Shown here piece after piece: positions 31,072 to 41,157 of a stretch of DNA of 64,000 nucleotides (its first letter is position 1; each line of letters starts with the position of its first letter). The notes beneath the pieces are model-generated. The model saw only the letters and a list, made by a program, of their open reading frames with translations, was not told where the DNA came from and made no database searches. The stretch is taken from NCBI GenBank assembly GCA_045046875.1, contig JASFYY010000018.1, forward strand, positions 12,886 through 76,885, given 5' to 3'. This DNA is from Verrucomicrobiota bacterium. Its GTDB lineage: Bacteria > Verrucomicrobiota > Verrucomicrobiia > Verrucomicrobiales > DEV007. Position numbers and translations under genes: made by a program.

Positions 31072-32757
31072 ATGATCCCTAAAATCCTACTTAAAGAATC
31101 GATCATTGCGCCGCCGGGTTATAATCGCTGGTTGGTGCCACCTGCTTCGATCGCGATTCATTTGTGCATCGGTTCGGTTTATGCGTGGAGTATTTTTAAT
31201 CCGGCTTTGATGCGGGAGTTGGGGGTGGTGGCTCCGGCTGCGGGGGATTGGGGTTTGAGTCAGGTGGCTTGGATTTTTTCCTGGGCGATTGTTTTTCTTG
31301 GCTTGGCGGCTGCTATTGGTGGTAAGTGGTTGGAGCGGGTCGGGCCACGCTGCGTGGGGGTGACGGCGGCGTGTCTCTGGGGTGGTGGGTTTATTGTTGG
31401 AAGTATAGGAATTTCAACTCATCAGCTGTGGTTGATCAAGTTGGGTTACGGCGTGCTGGGTGGTTGCGGATTGGGGCTGGGTTATGTATCGCCGGTCAGT
31501 ACCTTGATCCGTTGGTTTCCTGATCACCGGGGCTTGGCCACGGGCATGGCGATCATGGGGTTTGGCGGTGGAGCGATGATTGCGGCGCCGATCAAAAGGA
31601 GCTTATTGAAGTTTTTTTCCGAAAGTCCGGAGTATTTGGGAGCGGTTGATGCGGTCAAATTGGTTACAGAAGGAGGGGTGCGTTTTGCCGAGGTGGCAGG
31701 AAAAAAAGTAGAGGTGATTGTCGCTGGAGCTGCGGATGTCAGCGGAGATTTGTTGGAGGGGGTTTATGTGGTGGGGACGGGTAATACCGGGACGGCGAGT
31801 ACCTTTATCACACTGGGGGTGGTCTATTTTGTGGTGATGTTTATTGCGTCTTTTTCTTATCGGGTGCCGGCGGAGGATTGGAAACCTGCTGGTTGGACTC
31901 CTCCGGTGGAAGGTAAATCTTCGAAAAAAATGATCACTCAACACAACGTGGACATTGATGAAGCCTTGAAGACGCGGCAGTTCTATCTGTTGTGGATCGT
32001 GCTTTGTTTTAATGTCACTGCCGGTATTGGGGTGATCGGAGTGGCCAAAACAATGATCACTGAAATCTTTGGCACGGCTTTGCCGTCGATCGTGGACGCG
32101 GATGGGGCTTTTGCGGCGACTTATGTTTTGATGATCAGCGTATTTAACATGGGCGGTCGTTTTTTCTGGGCGAGCATGTCGGACTATATTGGGCGTAAAA
32201 ATACCTATCATTGCTTTTTTGTCCTAGGCATATTGCTGTATCTTTCGATCCCTTTTGCCGCGAGCGCGGTGAGTGCCTCGCCGGCGACGATTTGGTTGGT
32301 GATCTTCTACGGTGCGACGATGTTGATTTTCACTATGTATGGAGGTGGCTTTGCCACCATTCCGGCTTATTTGGCGGATATCTTCGGCACCAAATTTGTC
32401 GGAGGGATTCACGGGCGTCTGCTGACGGCCTGGAGCACGGCCGGGGTGCTGGGGCCTTTGGTAATCACTTCCCTGCGTCAGAGTTCGGTGGATAAAGCGA
32501 TCAATGATCTGGCGACGAAGGTCGATCCGGAAAAATTTCAGCAGACCTTCGGAGCATCGGTGGACAAGTTGGATCAGCTGATGGCGGCTAAAAGTGTGAC
32601 AGTATCCAAGTTGATGGAAATCGCCCCGCAAGGCACGCTGGATCCGACTTCGAGCCTCTACAATACGACGATGTATGTGATGGCCGGTTTATTGGTGATC
32701 GGTTTTTTTGCCAATCTGGCGGTGCGTCCGGTGGATGAAAAACATTATCTGAAATAA
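31072..32757 (+). CDS. MFS transporter, oxalate/formate antiporter (OFA) family
   Basis: IGSVYAWSIF, WFPDHRGLATG, MYGGGFATIPAYLADIFG, IHGRLLTAWS. Confidence 0.92.
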   Translation: MIPKILLKESIIAPPGYNRWLVPPASIAIHLCIGSVYAWSIFNPALMRELGVVAPAAGDWGLSQVAWIFSWAIVFLGLAAAIGGKWLERVGPRCVGVTAACLWGGGFIVGSIGISTHQLWLIKLGYGVLGGCGLGLGYVSPVSTLIRWFPDHRGLATGMAIMGFGGGAMIAAPIKRSLLKFFSESPEYLGAVDAVKLVTEGGVRFAEVAGKKVEVIVAGAADVSGDLLEGVYVVGTGNTGTASTFITLGVVYFVVMFIASFSYRVPAEDWKPAGWTPPVEGKSSKKMITQHNVDIDEALKTRQFYLLWIVLCFNVTAGIGVIGVAKTMITEIFGTALPSIVDADGAFAATYVLMISVFNMGGRFFWASMSDYIGRKNTYHCFFVLGILLYLSIPFAASAVSASPATIWLVIFYGATMLIFTMYGGGFATIPAYLADIFGTKFVGGIHGRLLTAWSTAGVLGPLVITSLRQSSVDKAINDLATKVDPEKFQQTFGASVDKLDQLMAAKSVTVSKLMEIAPQGTLDPTSSLYNTTMYVMAGLLVIGFFANLAVRPVDEKHYLK

Positions 32758-32840
32758 ATCGTAAGATTTTTATTTGTCTGGACGTTTAGGGTAAAGTTTT
32801 GTTTTATTTTTTCGTTCAAATATAACAACGCTTTAAAATT

Positions 32841-34175
32841 ATGAAAAAGACCCTCATCACGACTGCTTGTCTGGCTTTTGGCCTGAGCTCGCTTTCTGCC
32901 CAACAACCGCCGAACACTGCCGAGCCTGGTGGCAAGCTGGCGAAAAAAGTTTCGGTTAAATTGGTCGAAGTGGCCAGTGGTTTGATCGATCCGATCAACA
33001 TCGCCTCGGCCAAGGATGGCAGTGGCCGGTTGTTTGTGGTCGAGCGTCCCGGCTTGGTTCGCATCATCAAGGATGGTAAATTGCTTAAAAGACCTTTCCT
33101 CGACATCAAGGATACCACGGTGAGTTCGTTTTTGGAGCAGGGACTTTATGACATCGAGTTTCATCCTGATTTTAAAAAGAACGGTAAGTTTTACGTTCAC
33201 TATTCTGACATGTGGTTCAATGGAGACTCGCTGATCGTAGAATATCAGGTGAATCCCAAAAAGCCGGATAGGGCTGATCCCGCCAGCGCCCGGGTGGTGA
33301 TGCAGATTCCCCAGCCTTATGCGAATCACAATGGCGGTGAGTTGGTTTTCGGGCCGGATGGTTATCTTTACATCGGCAGTGGTGATGGCGGTTGGGAAGG
33401 CGACGTGTTGAGTGCCGGACAGGATTTGAGCACGCTATTGGCGAAGATCTTACGTATCGATGTCAATAGCCATACGGCGGACAGAGGTTATGCGATTCCA
33501 CCGGACAATCCTTTTATCACGCCCAAGCAGTTGATGGTTTTGTTTGGAGTGAGCGAAGAAAAATTCGCTTCGATTCATCCCAAGGCCCGGCCTGAAATCT
33601 GGGCTTTTGGAGTGCGCAATCCTTTGAAAATGCATTTCGATAGCAAGACGGGAGAGATGTATATCGCCGATGTTGGACAGAATCACTGGGAGGAAATCAG
33701 TTTGCAGACGGCGGGCAGCAAAGGCGGTGAAAACTACGGCTGGAAGTTCATGTGTGGCACTTATCCGTTCCCGCTGTCGGCTAAAGACGCGCCGAAGGTG
33801 GGCATCATGCCGATTGGTCAATACAGTCACGTTGACCAGGGCATTTGTGTGGTCGGCATGGGGGTGTATCGCGGCAAAAAATATCCTTCGCTCGATGGTA
33901 CGTATTTTGTCGGGGACTGGGGTTCGGGCAAACTCTGGGGCATGGCTCGTGATGGTGCGGGCAAATGGCAGATGGAAGAACTGTTGGACTCGACGTTGCG
34001 TTTCACTGGATCCGGGGATGGAGAGGATGGCACGATTTATGTGACCACAGCGACACCTAACTATGGAGGCCCGGTGGATCCCTATGATAATAAACCGGGC
34101 TCATTATGGATGCTGGTGCCTTCGGACAAGGTGCCGGAGGGAGCCAAGACCATTGCGCTTGAATCCAAGAAGTAG
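32841..34175 (+). CDS. Exported glucose/sorbosone (PQQ-type) dehydrogenase family beta-propeller
   Basis: Signal peptide; EQGLYDIEFHPDF, NHNGGELVFGPDGYLYIGSGDGG, KILRID, GVRNP, DVGQNHWEE. Confidence 0.88.
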   Translation: MKKTLITTACLAFGLSSLSAQQPPNTAEPGGKLAKKVSVKLVEVASGLIDPINIASAKDGSGRLFVVERPGLVRIIKDGKLLKRPFLDIKDTTVSSFLEQGLYDIEFHPDFKKNGKFYVHYSDMWFNGDSLIVEYQVNPKKPDRADPASARVVMQIPQPYANHNGGELVFGPDGYLYIGSGDGGWEGDVLSAGQDLSTLLAKILRIDVNSHTADRGYAIPPDNPFITPKQLMVLFGVSEEKFASIHPKARPEIWAFGVRNPLKMHFDSKTGEMYIADVGQNHWEEISLQTAGSKGGENYGWKFMCGTYPFPLSAKDAPKVGIMPIGQYSHVDQGICVVGMGVYRGKKYPSLDGTYFVGDWGSGKLWGMARDGAGKWQMEELLDSTLRFTGSGDGEDGTIYVTTATPNYGGPVDPYDNKPGSLWMLVPSDKVPEGAKTIALESKK

Positions 34176-34209
34176 TGGGCGTAAGTATCCGGGTTGATTT
34201 TAATTCATT

Positions 34210-34755
34210 ATGAAACGACGGCATTTTTTATCAGCGGCGACTGCGGCGACTCTGGGGGCATTGAGCCCGGCAGTTGTCAGGAGCGAGGAGAAAAAAGCAC
34301 CGGCGGATGCGGTTTTTATATCTTTGGGTGCCAAAGCTAAGACGGTCAAAATTTTGATCATCGCGACTTACAATGATGCTAACCATGGCATGAATTTTAA
34401 TGGTCATTTCAAGGGAAGTGCCGTTTATACGATTCCCACCGGATGGACAGTGGAGGTACAGTTTAAAAATGCCAGTCCGGTTCCCCACAGCGTGGTGGTG
34501 GTCGAAGAAGAAAAAACCAGGAAGGTGCAAGTGGGTGATCCTTATTGGGATGGAGCATCATCGCCGGATCCCATGGTGGCGATCGCCAAGGAGGCCAAAT
34601 TTACTTTTGTTGCTGATGAAGCCGGGGATTACGCATTTGTCTGCGGTTTTCCTACACATTGTCTGGCCGGGCATTGGTTGGGGCTGGAGGTCAGCGATGA
34701 GGCGAAGGCTCCGATTTATACCGTCGACGGGCAGGATCCGGTGGTGGCGAAGTGA
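34210..34755 (+). CDS. Tat-exported sulfocyanin-like cupredoxin
   Basis: MKRRHFL twin-arginine signal; NFNG, IPTGWTV.V.F.N, PHS, YAFVCGFPTHCLAGHW. Confidence 0.85.
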   Translation: MKRRHFLSAATAATLGALSPAVVRSEEKKAPADAVFISLGAKAKTVKILIIATYNDANHGMNFNGHFKGSAVYTIPTGWTVEVQFKNASPVPHSVVVVEEEKTRKVQVGDPYWDGASSPDPMVAIAKEAKFTFVADEAGDYAFVCGFPTHCLAGHWLGLEVSDEAKAPIYTVDGQDPVVAK

Positions 34756-34812
34756 ATTTTGTGACAATTCTAATCCTAAAAACGAAGCGCAAAAATCTAA
34801 AAAAATCTATCT

Positions 34813-35787
34813 ATGAAAACTCTCATTATCACTCTCACAAGCGCGGCGCTGTTCGCGACGGCAAGTCTCTCACAGGCGGAAGTATCTTATCAATTGGTTC
34901 CGGGTTGGTTGAAAGCTCCGCAGGGTATGGATCATATTGGTAATTCGCACGGTGATGCGGCGGTTGATTCCAAGGGTAATGTTTACATCAGCGTCGAGGG
35001 GGATAAAGGAGGGATTCAGATTTATAACAAGGATGGAGAGTATCTGCGGAATGTGGCAGGTGCGCCGATGACTTTGCACGGTTTTATTATCAATAACGAG
35101 GGAGGCGAGGATTTTATTTATGCTTCGGTGCTTGGTAAAGCGAAGATGGTGAAGATGAAATTGGATGGGACGGTGGTTCTTACGATTGATGGTAAAAAGA
35201 GTATCCCGGATAAATTCAAAGGGGGCAAGGACGGCAAAACACTCAAACTGACTTCGGTGACAGTGGGGCCGACGGGAGATATTTACATCTCGGATGGTTA
35301 CGGACGTGATTTTATTCATCGCTTCGACAAAAGCGGAAAGTATTTGAATTCGTTCGGTGGGCGCGAGGCTCCGTATAATTTCAAAACCGCACACAAGGTG
35401 TTTGTCGATCCGCGTTTTGAACCCAATCGCCTATTGGTCTGCGACCGGGCGAATCGTCGTTTGGTGCATTTGGATTTGGATGGCAGGTTTCTCGGGGTGA
35501 TTGCCGAAGGGATTCGGTTGCCTTGTTCCGCTGATTTCCATGGAGATCTGGTTGCGGTGGCTGAATTGGCCGGGCGCGCGGTGGTGCTCGACAAAGAGGG
35601 CAAGGTGGTGGCTGAGTTGGGAAAAAATGAAACCAAGGGTGAAATCAGCACTAATAAGGTCAAACCCGAGAGCTGGAAGAAGGGAGTTTGCACGGCACCG
35701 CACGGGTTGACTTTTGACGCTGATGGCAACATCATCGTGACCGAGTGGAATGTGCACGGTAGGGTGTTGCGCTTCGACAAGAAGTAG
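34813..35787 (+). CDS. Exported NHL-repeat beta-propeller protein
   Basis: Signal peptide; HGDAAVDSKGNVY, YISDGYG, AHKVFVD, CDRANRRL, APHGLTFDADGNI. Confidence 0.85.
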   Translation: MKTLIITLTSAALFATASLSQAEVSYQLVPGWLKAPQGMDHIGNSHGDAAVDSKGNVYISVEGDKGGIQIYNKDGEYLRNVAGAPMTLHGFIINNEGGEDFIYASVLGKAKMVKMKLDGTVVLTIDGKKSIPDKFKGGKDGKTLKLTSVTVGPTGDIYISDGYGRDFIHRFDKSGKYLNSFGGREAPYNFKTAHKVFVDPRFEPNRLLVCDRANRRLVHLDLDGRFLGVIAEGIRLPCSADFHGDLVAVAELAGRAVVLDKEGKVVAELGKNETKGEISTNKVKPESWKKGVCTAPHGLTFDADGNIIVTEWNVHGRVLRFDKK

Positions 35788-35790
35788 AAT

Positions 35791-36552
35791 ATGAGGCATT
35801 TTTTAAAAGTCACCAGCTACCCAATGAGATGGGGGCTGGTGACTTTTTTTTGGCTATGGGTGGGGCTGGCAGGTGCGTTGGCACACAGTTCGGATTTCGT
35901 TTTTGCGCGATGGAGTCAGGATGAGCTGACTGGGGGGATTGAGTTGTCGTTGAGCCTCCAGATCACTGATAACCCTAATATTGATACTCGGGAACAGGCG
36001 CTAGAAGTGCTGACTTCTTTGATTCAGGTGAGCGGTGGAGATGAAGGCGGCTATGTACCCTTGGCTGAGGTGGCTGTGGCTAGTTTCAGGGATGACATAA
36101 GTTTTCCCCAGGACAGTCCGGTGCCGATCGGAGGGGCGGGGTTGGAGGAATTGGAATCGGGCGAGGTGACAGAGGATGAGGTGAAAAAACATCAGATTCT
36201 GACATTGATCTGGAAGTGGAATCCGGCACCGGATGAGAAACAGATGAACTTTTTTCTGGCGGATGATTGCCAGCAGTATGTGGTTTTTTGGTGGGCCGAT
36301 GCGCAGGGAGCGGAGCTTGCGCCAGGTAAGGAGGTGCCTTGGCAGATTCTATTGGGTGGGGATGAGTCTTTTTCGCTTGGGTTGAAGATGCGGGAGGTTG
36401 ATAATGAGGAAACAGTGGAGGCTGGGGAAGTCGAGGAGGCAGAGAAAGCTGGAATTGGCGGGTTGGTGTTTTCGGGTGCGCTGGTGATTTTGCTACTAGC
36501 TTGTTTGGTATTTGTGATGAGGAAAAGATCAGCTTATACGCGAATGCGCTAA
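35791..36552 (+). CDS. Hypothetical exported protein with C-terminal TM anchor
   Basis: Signal ending ALA-H, acidic body, C-terminal hydrophobic helix followed by RKR; alternative start at 35824. Confidence 0.7.
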   Translation: MRHFLKVTSYPMRWGLVTFFWLWVGLAGALAHSSDFVFARWSQDELTGGIELSLSLQITDNPNIDTREQALEVLTSLIQVSGGDEGGYVPLAEVAVASFRDDISFPQDSPVPIGGAGLEELESGEVTEDEVKKHQILTLIWKWNPAPDEKQMNFFLADDCQQYVVFWWADAQGAELAPGKEVPWQILLGGDESFSLGLKMREVDNEETVEAGEVEEAEKAGIGGLVFSGALVILLLACLVFVMRKRSAYTRMR

Positions 36553-36600
36553 GGGAAATGCCTTGCTCTGAGGGCTTGCTGCAGGGAAAATGTCTGACTT

Positions 36601-39600
36601 ATGAAAAGTCTATTTTCCTCTCTCGCCTTGTTTGCCTTTTTTGTTGCCACGGCTTTTGCCGATCCTGGCGAGGTTTTGAAATCGACGGGGTTAAAGGGGG
36701 GCTTGGTGGTTCACTTGGGTTGTGGTGACGGGGCGACGACGGCTCAGTTGTTAGGCGGGCAGGGCTTTCGGGTTCAGGGTTTGGATGGGGATGCGGGTAA
36801 AGTGGCTGTCGCTCGTCAACGGGAGCTGAAAGCGGGCAATTACGGCAAAATTGTTTTTGACCGACTGCTTTCCAAGTCACTGCCTTATGCGGATAATCTG
36901 GTGAATTTGATGGTGGTTGAAGATGTGGAATTGGTTGCAGAGGAGGAAATTCTGCGGGTATTGGTACCCAACGGCGAGGCTTGGTTTCGCGAGGGTGACA
37001 AGTGGAGGAAGGCGATCAAGCCTCGGCCGGAAGCGATGGACGACTGGCAACATTTTTTGCGTTCGCCAGATAACAACCCGGTTTCGACCGATACTCTGGT
37101 GGGGCCGCCGGACCAGATCCAGTGGATGGCGCCGCCCAAGTTTGCCCGGGCGCATGAGCAGCAGGCGAGTTTCAGTGCGGCGGTGTCGAGTGGTGGCAAG
37201 ATGTTCTATATTCTCGACGACGGCCCGAGGGTGGATATCCGACTGCCGAGTGAGTGGTATCTGATCTGCCGCGATGCTTTTAATGGGATCGAACTTTGGC
37301 GACGGCGGATGGGTGACTGGGTGAGCCAGTACCGGCGTTTTCGGGCAGGGCCGGCAAGCTTGCCTTTTCGTTTGGTGGCAGCAGATGGTAAGGTTTTTGT
37401 GACGATGGCTTTCACCGATCCGGTATCGGTGTTGGATGCGACGACGGGCAAGACGATCCGCACTATTCCAGGATCGGAGAAAACCAAGCAGATCATTTAT
37501 AAAGATGGCGAGGTGACTTTGTTGATCGATGAAGAAGTGGATACGCATGATGAAATCGACGCGGCACGGCGGCGCGGGGAGTTCCTGAAACATCATTGCA
37601 AGATCATGAAAGCGAAGGTTTATACCGGTGAAGTTCTGTGGGAGGAAAAAGTGGAAGAGCTGGTTTTCCCCTGCATGGCTTTGAAAAACAACCGGGTGCT
37701 GGTGCAGACACCGACCCGCGTTTTTTCACTTGATGGCGAGACGGGCAAGCAGGCTTGGAGCGCGGACTTCGATGCGCAGTTGCCGATATCCAAGGGCAAA
37801 CTGAAAACGGGGGAAATGCAGTGGGAATCACCGAGCATCGTGGTCGAGGACAAGGTGGTATTGGCAGCGGATTTCAAAAAAGTGCACGCTTACGATTTCA
37901 AAACAGGCAAGTTGCTGTGGCAGGGCAAAAGCAAACAAGAATACAATGCGCCGCCGGATCTGATGCTGGTGGGCAAGAATTTGTGGATGCGTAGCAACGG
38001 GGCGAGGGTGGCGCTCGACCCGCTCACGGGTAAGGTGCGGAAAGAGATCAAGACGCCCAAGCCTTACATGCATCCGCGTTGTTATCGGGGTAAGGTGGCG
38101 GGTAAGTATATGTTGTTCGGGGAGATGGGAGTGCAGATGGTGGACACCGAAACGGGAGAGATTCGCGAGAACGATTGGATTCGCGGCACTTGCCAGTATG
38201 GCATCATGCCGGCCAACGGTTTGCTTTATGTGCCGCCGGATTCCTGCGCTTGTAACATGAAAACCAAGCTGAGCGGGTTATATGCTTTTGCATCGACTCA
38301 CAGCAAGTCGGGTAGTAAGAAAGTTTCTGCAGCTCCGAGATTTGAAAAAGGGCCGGCTTTCTCTCAACTTGGTAAGGTGAAGGTGGATGGATCGGGAACA
38401 GGGGATTGGCCTACTTTTCGCGGAGCAGCAGGTCGGAATGGAATGGCTGCGACAACGGTATCGACTGATTTGAGCAAAGCCTGGAAGATTGATCTGGGTG
38501 GACCTTTGACCAGTCCGGTGGTGGCGGGTGGAAAGTGTTATGTTGCTGCGATTGACCAACATACGCTGCATGCGCTGGATGCCAAAAGTGGCAAAGAGCA
38601 GTGGCAGTTCACCGTGGGAGGACGGATTGATTCACCGCCGACCATTTACCAGGGTGGAGTTTATTTTGGCTCGGCGGACGGATGGGTTTATGCCTTGTCG
38701 GCCACTGACGGTCAATTGGCCTGGCGTTTCCGTGCGGCGCCGGAAGAGCGCTTGGTTATGATTCGTGGCCAGTTGGAATCGGCTTGGCCGGTGCATGGAG
38801 CGGTGCTGGTTCAGGATGGCAAACTGGTGTGTTCGGCGGGTCGATCTTCTTATCTCGACGGGGGAATCCGTTTGCATAAGCTCGATGCGATCAGCGGTGA
38901 GCGCTTGGAGGATACCACCATCTGGAGTCCGGAAGAGGGTAGTGGTAAACAAAAAATACCCAAAGTGGGAGAGGATCGCAAGGATGTGCAGGGCGTGATC
39001 TCCGATGTGCTGGTGGCGGATAATTCGGATCTCTATATGCGGCATTTGAAAGTGGATTTCAAGACCGGGGATGAAACCGGAACCGGGGTGCATCTTTTTA
39101 CTCCCCTGGGTTTGCTTGACGATACTTGGTGGCATCGGGCTTACTGGGTGGTTCACGATGAATTCCAATCGCATTGGAGCCGGTGGTGGAAAGTGGGCAA
39201 CAAAGTCGCTTCGGGGCGCATTCTTTCTTATGACCAAAACCAGATCATTGGGTTTGGCCGGGATAAATATCCTGGAGGCAATACTGGCCAGTGGCGCGGA
39301 GGCGAGAAGTATCAGTTGTTCTCCTATGATCGCAGCACGGTGCCTCCGAAGGAAGTGATTACCCGGAAAGGGAAAAAGAAAAAAGTTCCAGCGCAATCAA
39401 CGGTTGAGTATCGTTGGACAAAAACGGTTCCCTTGCTCGCCACTGCGCTGGTGGTGACGCCTGACATGGTGTTCATCGCCGGGCCTCCGGATGAGTTCAG
39501 CCCGGTGGGTGATGGGGAAGAGGCGTTGAAGTTGAAAGATGCGGACACCGCGATGGCCGCGTGGCGAGGTAAAAAGGGAGGTATTCTTTATGTCTCGGCG

Positions 39601-39735
39601 ATCTCTGATGGAGAAAAATCTGCCCAGATTGAGCTGCCGTCACCGCCGGTATTTGATGGCATGGCTGCGGCGAATGGGCGGATTTTTCTTAGTTTGCAGG
39701 ACGGTTCGGTGTATTGTCTGGCGGAAGGGGAGTGA
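36601..39735 (+). CDS. Exported protein: methyltransferase-like domain + PQQ-like beta-propeller repeats
   Basis: GGLVVHLGCGDG, LPYADNLVNL, EILRVLVPNG; repeated DAxxGxxxW blades; DWPTFRG. Confidence 0.85.
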   Translation: MKSLFSSLALFAFFVATAFADPGEVLKSTGLKGGLVVHLGCGDGATTAQLLGGQGFRVQGLDGDAGKVAVARQRELKAGNYGKIVFDRLLSKSLPYADNLVNLMVVEDVELVAEEEILRVLVPNGEAWFREGDKWRKAIKPRPEAMDDWQHFLRSPDNNPVSTDTLVGPPDQIQWMAPPKFARAHEQQASFSAAVSSGGKMFYILDDGPRVDIRLPSEWYLICRDAFNGIELWRRRMGDWVSQYRRFRAGPASLPFRLVAADGKVFVTMAFTDPVSVLDATTGKTIRTIPGSEKTKQIIYKDGEVTLLIDEEVDTHDEIDAARRRGEFLKHHCKIMKAKVYTGEVLWEEKVEELVFPCMALKNNRVLVQTPTRVFSLDGETGKQAWSADFDAQLPISKGKLKTGEMQWESPSIVVEDKVVLAADFKKVHAYDFKTGKLLWQGKSKQEYNAPPDLMLVGKNLWMRSNGARVALDPLTGKVRKEIKTPKPYMHPRCYRGKVAGKYMLFGEMGVQMVDTETGEIRENDWIRGTCQYGIMPANGLLYVPPDSCACNMKTKLSGLYAFASTHSKSGSKKVSAAPRFEKGPAFSQLGKVKVDGSGTGDWPTFRGAAGRNGMAATTVSTDLSKAWKIDLGGPLTSPVVAGGKCYVAAIDQHTLHALDAKSGKEQWQFTVGGRIDSPPTIYQGGVYFGSADGWVYALSATDGQLAWRFRAAPEERLVMIRGQLESAWPVHGAVLVQDGKLVCSAGRSSYLDGGIRLHKLDAISGERLEDTTIWSPEEGSGKQKIPKVGEDRKDVQGVISDVLVADNSDLYMRHLKVDFKTGDETGTGVHLFTPLGLLDDTWWHRAYWVVHDEFQSHWSRWWKVGNKVASGRILSYDQNQIIGFGRDKYPGGNTGQWRGGEKYQLFSYDRSTVPPKEVITRKGKKKKVPAQSTVEYRWTKTVPLLATALVVTPDMVFIAGPPDEFSPVGDGEEALKLKDADTAMAAWRGKKGGILYVSAISDGEKSAQIELPSPPVFDGMAAANGRIFLSLQDGSVYCLAEGE

Positions 39736-39801
39736 AGGGGGGGGGAGGCCAAGAGGCGTCAAGGAGGAAAATAAGACTAATACACAAGTAAGGAATATAT
39801 T

Positions 39802-40164
39802 ATGGCTACTGAAGATACATGTTGCACCATCGTGCCCTATTTTAAAATCAAGCAGGGTGAGATCGAGGCGTTTAAAGATTTGAGCGAGAGGTTTGTGGCA
39901 AAAACAAGGAAAGAGTCAAAATGCCTTTATTATGGTTTTAGTTTTGATGGTGATGAAGCGCATTGCCGAGAGGGTTATGAAGGAGCAGAAGGGGTGTTGG
40001 AGCACTTGGACAATGTCGGGGACTTGCTCGAAGAGAGTCTGAAGATTGCCGATTTTTTGCGTTTGGAGATTCATGGTTCGGAACAGGAACTGGCAAAGTT
40101 GCGCGAACCTTTGGCGGAGTTGAAACCACAGTTTTTTGTGTTGGAGTATGGCTTCCGCCGATGA
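39802..40164 (+). CDS. ABM-like dimeric alpha/beta barrel protein
   Basis: FKIKQG...F...TRKESKCLYY...REGY....VLEHL pattern. Confidence 0.65.
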   Translation: MATEDTCCTIVPYFKIKQGEIEAFKDLSERFVAKTRKESKCLYYGFSFDGDEAHCREGYEGAEGVLEHLDNVGDLLEESLKIADFLRLEIHGSEQELAKLREPLAELKPQFFVLEYGFRR

Positions 40165-40323
40165 AGGAAATTTTTCGTCATAGAGGCTCGGTCAAAGTAT
40201 TCTAGAAGAGGGGGAGATGCCGAGGGGTTGAATAAGGTTTTAATCGGTGGATTTCCTTTGCCTTGCTGGGGATCTTTTGTAGGTTTTCCATTCCATAAGG
40301 AAAATACAATCTAGAAAAATATT

Positions 40324-40767
40324 ATGAGCAAAATCGTACCTACTATCAGTTCTGGAACCGCCGGTCCATTGGGCGTTCTTCACCTCCCCCGTTTGTGGCA
40401 GAAAGCGTCGTTGGCTGCTGTGGACAAACTTCATGATGACTATCCTGCGGCGGGTGCTGGATATGATCAGATGGTGCTCGATGCATTGGGCATTGATCGT
40501 GAGGAGTTCCTTAATTACATCGGCAGTGTCAAGCCTAGCTACATCCAGTTGGAGAACTGGATCCTTGAACAAAAAGGAGGATCTTTGGATCAGGCTAAGA
40601 TAGATGAATTGAATGCCGGGGTGATTGGTTACATTCACGAGGATGCTACCCGGGCAGAGATTCTTGAGGCAGCGGGTCGTCCGGATGATGGATCGATCAA
40701 GGATGCGGTTAATCTTAATAACCTCGATGACTGGTCGATTTTCCATAAACAGGAAATCGATGGCTGA
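40324..40767 (+). CDS. DUF5069 domain protein
   Basis: GVLHLPRLWQKA...DYP...DQMVLDALGIDREEFL. Confidence 0.75.
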   Translation: MSKIVPTISSGTAGPLGVLHLPRLWQKASLAAVDKLHDDYPAAGAGYDQMVLDALGIDREEFLNYIGSVKPSYIQLENWILEQKGGSLDQAKIDELNAGVIGYIHEDATRAEILEAAGRPDDGSIKDAVNLNNLDDWSIFHKQEIDG

Positions 40768-40790
40768 AGCTGTTGGCTTTGAAAATTTAG

Positions 40791-40823
40791 AGCCGGATTC
40801 CGAGAGGGATCCGGTTTTTTTTT
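40791..40823 (+). terminator. Rho-independent terminator
   Basis: AGCCGGATTCC-GAGA-GGGATCCGGTT followed by a T run. Confidence 0.9.
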
Positions 40824-41096
40824 GGTTATGGTGGGTTGATGTTTGGTAGGGTCGCCCCGGTTGGGGCTGGTTTGGAATTCGAGCGTGGGGGTGGGGTGGG
40901 AGTCAGTTTGTGCGGACTCAGGCAGAGTGGTGGTTCGGATGTCAATAGTGTGGGCGCGGTCTCGCAGAGTCGAGTGCAAATGAGACAGATGCAGCGCAGC
41001 GGCACCCGCAGCGGCGTAGCCGTCAACTCGCCCCTCCAAGTGATAATGGTGCGGTGTGGAAGTTTGCCAGATTAAAAGTTTCACATAACCCCTTAG

Positions 41097-41122
41097 AGAA
41101 CAGATATGGAAATCTGTTCTAC
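41097..41122 (-). repeat. GTAG-type REP hairpin
   Basis: Reverse complement GTAG-AACAGAT-TTCCAT-ATCTGTT-CT. Confidence 0.8.
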
Positions 41123-41157
41123 GTTGAGGTCTGCCGTGACATGGCCTATAAATAGGG

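Noticed and set aside
40635..41084. ORFs and a possible second REP-like element (GTAGGGTCGCCCCGGTTGGGGC ... GTCAACTCGCCCCTCC)
   Set aside because: The ORFs cross a terminator and look non-coding; the REP-like ends occur once in the window and pair poorly
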